Shown: positions 11,196-17,330 of the stretch, one piece after another
Position numbering within the stretch: the first letter of the stretch is position 1
How the letters are laid out: every line of letters begins with the position of its first letter
Assembly: GCF_000143415.4 (NCBI RefSeq)
Contig: NW_003314288.1
Location: 424,917 to 442,246, forward strand
DNA: 17,330 nucleotides
Reading direction: 5' to 3'
DNA from: Selaginella moellendorffii
Taxonomy: Eukaryota > Plantae > Lycopodiophyta
Program-made: the position numbers and the translations under genes
The notes under the pieces: generated by a model
What the model was told of the DNA's origin: nothing
The model's input: only the letters and a program-made list of their open reading frames with translations
Databases searched by the model: none

Positions 11196-14012
11196 ATGCG
11201 TGCGGCGCTAGGGTTTGTGTGGTGTCTGTCATTTCTCAACAATCTCATGGAGTGGAAAACGTTTTTCAGGGATCCCACTTTCTGGTGGGACAACAGGTTC
11301 AAGAAGAAAAACAAGTTCTTCTCAGAGTCCTACCCGGATTTCAAACATGTTTCTACCGGAGAGAGCCTGTGGATCGCCAACAGGAAAACACCAACCTGGG
11401 TCTGTGCAAAACTCGAGTCGCTCGCTGACCCAGCTGTAGGTAAGGCCACCACCGCCCGCTACAAATCTCCACATACACCGGTGAGTTTAGGGAGACTGAT
11501 ACACCGCGTGAGAGACTCAGCCAAGAGCAGATCCCTTTCTTTGGGAAAACAAGCCCATGAAGCTGTGCTCAAGAGTGATGAGCACAAAAGCAACATCTAC
11601 TTGTTGACGGGATTGATCAATATGTACTGCAAGTGTGGCGAGCTTGAGGAGGCTCGCAAGATTTTCGACTCCATGGGAACCCGGAGTGTTGTGTCCTACA
11701 ACGCGATCATCCAGGGCTGCGGCTCGAACGGGCAAGCTGAACTTGCTCTGGAGTACTACTCTGCCCTGAGAGCTTGTACCACCATTCAACCCAACGATCG
11801 GACACATGTCGCGGTGATCAGCGCCTGCTCCAGACTTGCTACCGAATCCAGCGAGAAGAGGAAGAGAGCTTTACGCATCGGGATGGAGATCCATTCAATG
11901 CTGAGCAAGGAGAAGAAACAGGTAGATCTGTTCGTGGCGACTTGCCTGGTAGACATGTACTGCAAGTGTGGCGAGCTTGAGGAGGCTCGCAAGATTTTCG
12001 ACTCCATGGGAACCCGGAGTGTTGTGTCCTACAACGCGATCATCCAGGGCTGCGGCTCGAACGGGCAAGCTGAACTTGCTCTGGAGTACTACTCTACCCT
12101 GAGAGCTTGTACCACCATTCAACCCAACGATCGGACTCATGTCGCGGTGATCAGCGCCTGCTCCACACTTGCTACCGAATCCAGCGAGAAGAGGGAGAGA
12201 GCTCTACTCATTGGGATGGAGATCCATTCAATGCTGAGCAAGGAGAAGAAACAGGTGGATCTGTTCGTGGCGACTTGCCTGGTAGACATGTACTGCAAGT
12301 GTGGCGAACTTGAGGAGGCTCGCAAGATTTTCGACTCCATGGGAACCCGGAGTGTTGTGTCCTACAACGCGATCATCCAGGGCTGCGGCTCGAACGGGCA
12401 AGCTGAACTTGCTCTGGAGTACTACTCTACCCTGAGAGTTTGTACCACCATTCAACCCAACGATCGGACTCATGTCGCGGTGATCAGCGCCTGCTCCACA
12501 CTTGCTACCGAATCCAGCGAGAAGAGGGAGAGAGCTCTACGCATCGGGATGGAGATCCATTCAATGCTGAGCAAGGAGAAGAAACAGCTAGATCTGTTCG
12601 TGGCGAATTGCCTGGTAGACATGTACTGCAAGTGTGGCGAGCTTGAGGAGGCTCACAAAATTTTCCACTCCATGGGAACTCGGTGTAGTGTTGTGTCCTA
12701 CACCGCGATCATCCAGGGCTGCAACACGAACGGCCGAGCTGAACTTGCTCTGGAGTACTACTCTGCCCTGAGAGCTGATAAAACCGTTCAAGCTGATGCT
12801 TGCACCTACACCTGCGTCCTTGTTGCTTGCGGGAGTGTGATGGCGATCAAGCTCGGGAGGGAGATTCACCAGCTGGCGAAGCATAAAGGGCTGCTGAAAA
12901 ACGATCCAGTTCTGGGCTCCAGCCTGGTGAGCTTCTACGGCAAATGCGGCGATGTTGATTCTGCTCAGGAAGCGTTTGACGAGTGCCGAGCTCGGGACAA
13001 CACGGGTCTCTGGAACTCTCTCATACAGGCTTACACTCTCCAGGGCCGATCGATCGAGGCCTTGGAGCGTTTCTATTCCATGACTCAGGAGGAGGGCTGT
13101 AAAGCTGACGATGTGAGTTTTGTCTCGGTGTTGAACGCTTGCAGCCATGGTGGTCTGGTCGGGAAAGGAAGGCAGCTTCTGGATGAAATGCCCAAGCAGT
13201 ATGGAGTCAAGCCACGTCTGGAGCATTATGTGTGCCTGATCGATATGCTCGGGCGAGCTAACCTCCTCGACGAAGCTGTGAGAGTTCTCAGAGCCATGCC
13301 TTTTGAACCGGATGCAGTGGTTTGGACGTCCCTGCTCGGAGCCTGCCGGAAGTGGAAGAATTACACGATCGGCAAACTCGCGTTTGAGCGTCTTGTGGAG
13401 ATGGATCCCAAGAGCGACACGCCCTACGCATTGATGGCCAATATATTTGGAAACCTGGGGATGCTCAGTGAAAGGGCCGCTGTTGTGGAGAGAATGAGAG
13501 GTGAAGGCAGCTTCAGGGAGCCCGGGAGAAGCTGGTGGACGGATGTTAGCTCAGGAAAAGTGCATTCTTTTTCTGTCGGGGATAGGAGTCACTCACAGAG
13601 CGACGAGATTGCGGCCAAGCTCAAGCAATTGTTGCTGAGAATGAAAGAGGAGGGGTACGCGAGTGATGTGATCAACGTTCTAAAAGACATACCCGAGGAA
13701 GAGAAAGAGGATCACCTGTGCGGCCACAGTGAGAAGCTTGCGCTGGGGTGTGCTCTGGTGAACTCGCACCAGAAGGAGACCATCAGAATTGTGAAAAATC
13801 TCCGAGTTTGTGACGATTGCCATGCGGCCACTGCTCTCATCTCTAAGCTGGAAAAAAGGCCATCTGCAAAGATGCCAGTCGGGTTCATGTGTTCCAGGAT
13901 GGCAGATGTTCCTGTGACAACTACTTTTGAAAACATGTCAGTGCTCTTTCTTGCAGTTATCCCTGGTTTTAAACCCTCTTTGAGTCAAGCAGAAACATGG
14001 GCCGCTGAGTGA
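11196..14012 (+). CDS. PLS-class pentatricopeptide repeat protein with N-terminal OSB-type PDF motif and E1-E2-DYW (WW-type) cytidine deaminase domain; C-terminus frameshifted at 13860/13861 (ancestral stop at 13930)
   Basis: 938-aa ORF. PDF motif aa 20-73. Repeated P/L/S motifs (LVDMYCKCGELEEARKIFD, VVSYNAII..., ACSHGGLV, HYVCLIDMLGRA), E1 (VWTSLLGACR), PG box PGRSWWTD, HSEKLA (13725) and KNLRVCDDCH (CxxC 13809-13820). The true start could be Met18 (11247). Confidence 0.93.
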   Translation: MRAALGFVWCLSFLNNLMEWKTFFRDPTFWWDNRFKKKNKFFSESYPDFKHVSTGESLWIANRKTPTWVCAKLESLADPAVGKATTARYKSPHTPVSLGRLIHRVRDSAKSRSLSLGKQAHEAVLKSDEHKSNIYLLTGLINMYCKCGELEEARKIFDSMGTRSVVSYNAIIQGCGSNGQAELALEYYSALRACTTIQPNDRTHVAVISACSRLATESSEKRKRALRIGMEIHSMLSKEKKQVDLFVATCLVDMYCKCGELEEARKIFDSMGTRSVVSYNAIIQGCGSNGQAELALEYYSTLRACTTIQPNDRTHVAVISACSTLATESSEKRERALLIGMEIHSMLSKEKKQVDLFVATCLVDMYCKCGELEEARKIFDSMGTRSVVSYNAIIQGCGSNGQAELALEYYSTLRVCTTIQPNDRTHVAVISACSTLATESSEKRERALRIGMEIHSMLSKEKKQLDLFVANCLVDMYCKCGELEEAHKIFHSMGTRCSVVSYTAIIQGCNTNGRAELALEYYSALRADKTVQADACTYTCVLVACGSVMAIKLGREIHQLAKHKGLLKNDPVLGSSLVSFYGKCGDVDSAQEAFDECRARDNTGLWNSLIQAYTLQGRSIEALERFYSMTQEEGCKADDVSFVSVLNACSHGGLVGKGRQLLDEMPKQYGVKPRLEHYVCLIDMLGRANLLDEAVRVLRAMPFEPDAVVWTSLLGACRKWKNYTIGKLAFERLVEMDPKSDTPYALMANIFGNLGMLSERAAVVERMRGEGSFREPGRSWWTDVSSGKVHSFSVGDRSHSQSDEIAAKLKQLLLRMKEEGYASDVINVLKDIPEEEKEDHLCGHSEKLALGCALVNSHQKETIRIVKNLRVCDDCHAATALISKLEKRPSAKMPVGFMCSRMADVPVTTTFENMSVLFLAVIPGFKPSLSQAETWAAE
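11253..11414 (+). other. PDF motif (OSB/PTAC9-type ssDNA-binding module) within the PPR ORF
   Basis: WKTFFRDPTFWWDNRFKKKN...YPDFKHVSTGESLWI....PTWV..KL matches the OSB PDF pattern W..FF..P..WWDNR..K.N...PDFKHK.TG.ALW.....P.WV...L. Confidence 0.88.
11622..12776 (+). repeat. Intragenic 333-bp tandem repeat, about 3.5 units, each one P-L-S triplet (111 aa)
   Basis: atgtactgcaagtgtggcga recurs at 11622, 11955, 12288 and 12621. Units differ by only a few substitutions. Confidence 0.98.
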
Positions 14013-14047
14013 GCATGCCTCGTCATTGAGCTCTCACAATGAGCTCT

Positions 14048-14827
14048 CTTTGATGTGGAGTTTTCATCCTGGGTTGTGATGGGTTGTCATGAGGCCATGT
14101 TTGCTCCAAGCGGACGTTAAACAAATACCTGACTTTACCTTTTTCATTGTTGTCCACTGCTGAGGAAGAAAAACAAGATCCCAACAAGAACTTTGCTGTA
14201 AGTGATGGCTTGCTAGCTCTTTGTAGATCCAATAAGTCTTTGATCGAAGCCTATGCCACCTAGGCCAAAGACCTCTACCCAAGCCTGGAGCTGAACAGTC
14301 ACCTATATACTGTTGATTACTGTTCTTATGCGCTATGTTGAAGAACAAGCGATCAGCTAATGCCTCTGTCAGATGGTCTGGTTCTTTCTGACTTAACCTG
14401 GGTAGGAGTGTGACTTCCATATCTTCAACATCTCTTTTGTTATTCCATCCTGGACCTTCTTTGTGTTGAGAGCAGTGCCAATCGATTCCTTGTTTCTAGT
14501 TACCACCCTGTCTAGGCAAGATTTTGTGCAGCTGAGCTATGAAGAGGAGGTGCCAGCTCTGGTTTCATGGATATAATTGAAGAGAAGAGCTTTGGATTGA
14601 ATTCCTGGGTGTGGCACATTCCGAATAACTGAATTCCACTCTACTTTTGCCCAGACTTTGCACCTGCTGGAGTTTCTAAAGTTTCTACATATGTCGTTGG
14701 TGATCAAGTGTTGGTGAGTTATTGGGTGCAAGGTTTTTGCTGCGTAGGTCCTTATCACATAGTCCAACAAGTTGGTCCACAAATCTATGTGGTGACACTC
14801 AATGCACAATGTCAAGAGAAGATCCAT
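14048..14827 (-). mobile_element. Duplicated piece of the LINE remnant (copy of 2927-3749), lacking the zf-RVT end
   Basis: Near-identical to 2927-3749 with additional small indels. Confidence 0.7.
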
Positions 14828-15513
14828 GTGAAGCGGTTAGGATATATTCTATGGTAGATATAGATAAACTCAACAAGATTGGAATACACTAACTTTTTAA
14901 TAATAATAAATTAACAATTTTTAATGTGTATTTATGGAGCCCACAAGAGTAGGAGTGAGGATCATATGAGCATATAAATAATGTGATTAACACCTCTCAC
15001 TCTTGATCTTGTGGGATTCATAATATTATAACACCTGAGGTTTAGGGATATGAGGGTATGGCCCAGGTAAGTTAGAGGAAGGAAAAAGAAGAATTAATTA
15101 GAGTGAAAATGCAAGTTATTGTGAAATTAGAGTATAAATGTGAGTTAAGAGTTAACACGAGCTAAGAGTAAAAACGTGAAGCTTAAACGGATGGAGTTCC
15201 ACCAGGTAGAAAAGACAAGTCATACCTCAAGCCTCGGATTGCTCCCACCCCCTGCCTCCACCCGGTTGCCTACTTTAACCAAGCCCCGAACCACCCAGCA
15301 GTCTTGGCGCACAAGCCCGAACCTCTTGCTCCACTGCTCCTACTTCTGAGCTGCTAGCAGCTTCTCCCCTCCTTAAAAAAAAAGGTCTGTTGTTCTCTTG
15401 GAGTTCAAGAGGCATCCTCTTCACCGTCTCCTCTGTTTTTGCTAGCTAGTTAGCTCTTACAAGAAGGAGCACAAGCCAAGTTCAGCTCCATGCTCAGCTC
15501 TATCATCTCCTCT

Positions 15514-16367
15514 TTAAGACACCTCACCTCTTTGAAGCCATTCAGGAGAGCTAGCACGCTTCACGTTTAGACGTCCCCCCCTTTTTTCTTTTTGCGATTG
15601 TCTCTTCAAACTCATCATACTTATTTAACTCACCAAACCTTACCAAGCCGAGTGCAGGTTTTGAAACCCCATGAGTCACCTTGGCCTTTTTCCATCTTCC
15701 AGTTGAGCTCTCCAACAATCTTGACGTGCGGATGCGTGCAAACTGCTCCTTGAGCCAGGACCATTTCTCCAGGAGATAACTTATGCTACAACACTCTCCG
15801 CTCGACGATCTCAATGTGGAAAGATCCACAAAGCTGTCCCACGCATCATAGTTGTAGAAGAAATCATCCTCATACTGCATCTGCAACCTTGCTCGAGCCC
15901 AAGCCTCCGCCATCGCAAGCTTCTCCCTCATCTTGATCACTTGAGGCGGCAAAACAAGTCCAGGTCCTGAGGAACAACAATGGAATACACCTTTGCCGGG
16001 TACCTGTCTCGAAACCTGTGAAAGTAGAGTGGACGATGTGGTGTTTCAGATCGCAGCGGAATGATAACTTGATGAAAGCAACAAAACCATCAAGCTCGCT
16101 CTTTGGGGATCAATTATCATCTCCTCCTTTGAAGCAATGAGCAGCAGGCATTGATCGCATCCAGAAGTACTAGAGATAGTCTGCAAAAGCAAGTTTGACA
16201 CCAGTTATTTTGGCAACACAGAAGAAAGAAGAAAAATAAACTCAAGTTTCAAAATCCATACAATCCAAATCAAGATCAATCCTCCACGAACTTAATGCCG
16301 CTTTCAGCACCTCCAAGCTCTGCCAAAAGACGTAGCCACGGTATGCCACAATCGTTCGCTTGAAAAT
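15514..16367 (-). pseudogene. Gene Y copy C, frameshifted
   Basis: Same exon and splice signals as copy A, but a 7-bp deletion near 15939 (ttgatcacttgagg vs ttgatcagctcacacttgagg) breaks the frame. A shorter C/T tract gives an earlier stop at 15551. Confidence 0.6.
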
Positions 16368-17109
16368 CTGAGGATGTCAATCGAAGCATGCAAGCAAAAA
16401 CATGAAGTAAAGAAACGCAGGTGGACAACACAGGAGATGAACTGAGCGAGGGACTGAATGTAAGCACGTGAGGCCTCACGCTGTTTTTTCCTCCGTGCGT
16501 GGCTTCATGCGCGAAGAGTTTGGTGTGGTAAGGTATGTTGCGGAGCAGCCAGAAGCCCAGGGTGAATATAAGTACGTGAGGCCTTGTGAGGTTTTACCAC
16601 CGCCCGAGGACTCCTGTGCATGGGCCCCAGGCGAGAGTCATTTGCGAAAGTGTTCTGCATGAAACTGGTGCCCTGAGGCTTCTGGCCGAAGAGCATTTTT
16701 TATTTAATTTGTGTAGAGTGTGGTTTATTTTTGCATATTGAGTGTAGTTAGCAGATTATATTGCAGAACTGAAGACTACCTACAGTTAAGTGCATGCAGC
16801 AACAGATCATATAAAAAATGAATGCAGAGAATAATAAATCGGGATTTCTAGGAAGTTCGTGCGTGTTGTTAGTAATAATAATAATAATCATAAAAACCAG
16901 TTAGAAGATTGTCTGAAAATTATGCATGTACTGATTCTTCCGCTCTTGAGCAACTGATTGCTGCTGGCTCACTTTCTATATATATCAAAGAGACAATAAA
17001 CATCTAAGCTGCTGCAGTTAAGCTGTGACATTGTAAAGTTTAAAAAGGAAAAGAATTAGAAAAAGAAAAAACAGAAACCACGATAATAACAAATCGGGAT
17101 TTCTAGGGT

Positions 17110-17330
17110 ATGCGTGCGGCGCTAGGGTTTGTGTGGTGTGTGTCATTTCTCAACAATCTCATGGAGTGGAAAACGTTTTTCAGGGATCCCACTTTCTGGT
17201 GGCACGACAGGTTCAAGAAGAAAAACAAGTTCTTCTCGGAGTCCTACCCGGATTTCAAACATGTTTCTACCGGAGAGAGCCTGTGGATTGCCCACAGGAT
17301 AACACCAACCTGGGTCTCTGCAAAACTCGA
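17110..17330 (+). CDS. PDF-PPR gene copy C, 5' part only (open to window end)
   Basis: MRAALGFVWCVSFLNNLMEWKTFFRDPTFWWHDRFKKKNKFFSESYPDFKHVSTGESLWIAHRITPTWVSAKL, no stop before the window ends. Confidence 0.85.
   Translation, partial: MRAALGFVWCVSFLNNLMEWKTFFRDPTFWWHDRFKKKNKFFSESYPDFKHVSTGESLWIAHRITPTWVSAKL

Larger units (their letters stand above)
9349..14025 (+). repeat. Tandem segmental duplication unit B (deleted gene Y + long PDF-PPR-DYW gene)
   Basis: Begins gagtaggagtgagg (also at 3885 and 14947) directly after the gypsy fragment. Colinear with A and C. Confidence 0.95.
14048..17330 (+). repeat. Tandem segmental duplication unit C (runs off window end)
   Basis: Colinear with A from 2927 and with B. 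The PPR ATG recurs at 17110, 5914 bp after 11196. Confidence 0.95.

Noticed and set aside
11622-12776. CRISPR-like or satellite array
   Set aside because: In-frame coding repeats with no unique spacers, in a eukaryotic context.
13521-13930. U-to-C (DYW:KP) editor
   Set aside because: PG box is PGRSWW and the active site is HSE, not the KP-type signature, so C-to-U type is more likely.
13938-13957. Acceptor-like tttcttgcag that might rescue the DYW frameshift by splicing
   Set aside because: It lies downstream of the ancestral stop (13930), so it cannot restore the CSC/NYF tail.
2927-17330. The cassette as a Helitron/Pack-type transposon
   Set aside because: No shared termini, TIRs or target-site duplications seen; unit boundaries differ, fitting segmental duplication.

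Overview
Eukaryotic land-plant nuclear DNA. A non-seed plant (lycophyte such as Selaginella, fern or hornwort) is inferred from the DYW:WW-type editing factor and small introns. The left end holds retroelement debris: two Ty3/gypsy pol fragments in opposite orientations, one with a chromodomain, and a degraded LINE ORF2, interrupted by two assembly gaps. The rest is a tandem array of a cassette in three copies: A 2927-7539, B 9349-14025 and C 14048 to the window end. Each copy carries an uncharacterised spliced minus-strand gene ('gene Y') head-to-head with a plus-strand PLS-class PPR-E-DYW gene. The PPR protein unusually begins with a PDF motif, the ssDNA-binding module of plant organellar OSB proteins. 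Copy B (938 aa ORF) has three extra near-identical 333-bp P-L-S triplets and a 4-bp frameshift near the DYW C-terminus. Copy A is a pseudogene with a 5' deletion, no extra triplets and a clean 157-bp inversion inside the DYW domain. Copy C is cut by the window end. A third gypsy fragment with PPT and probable 3' LTR lies between A and B. All domain calls are by-eye motif recognition, not database searches.
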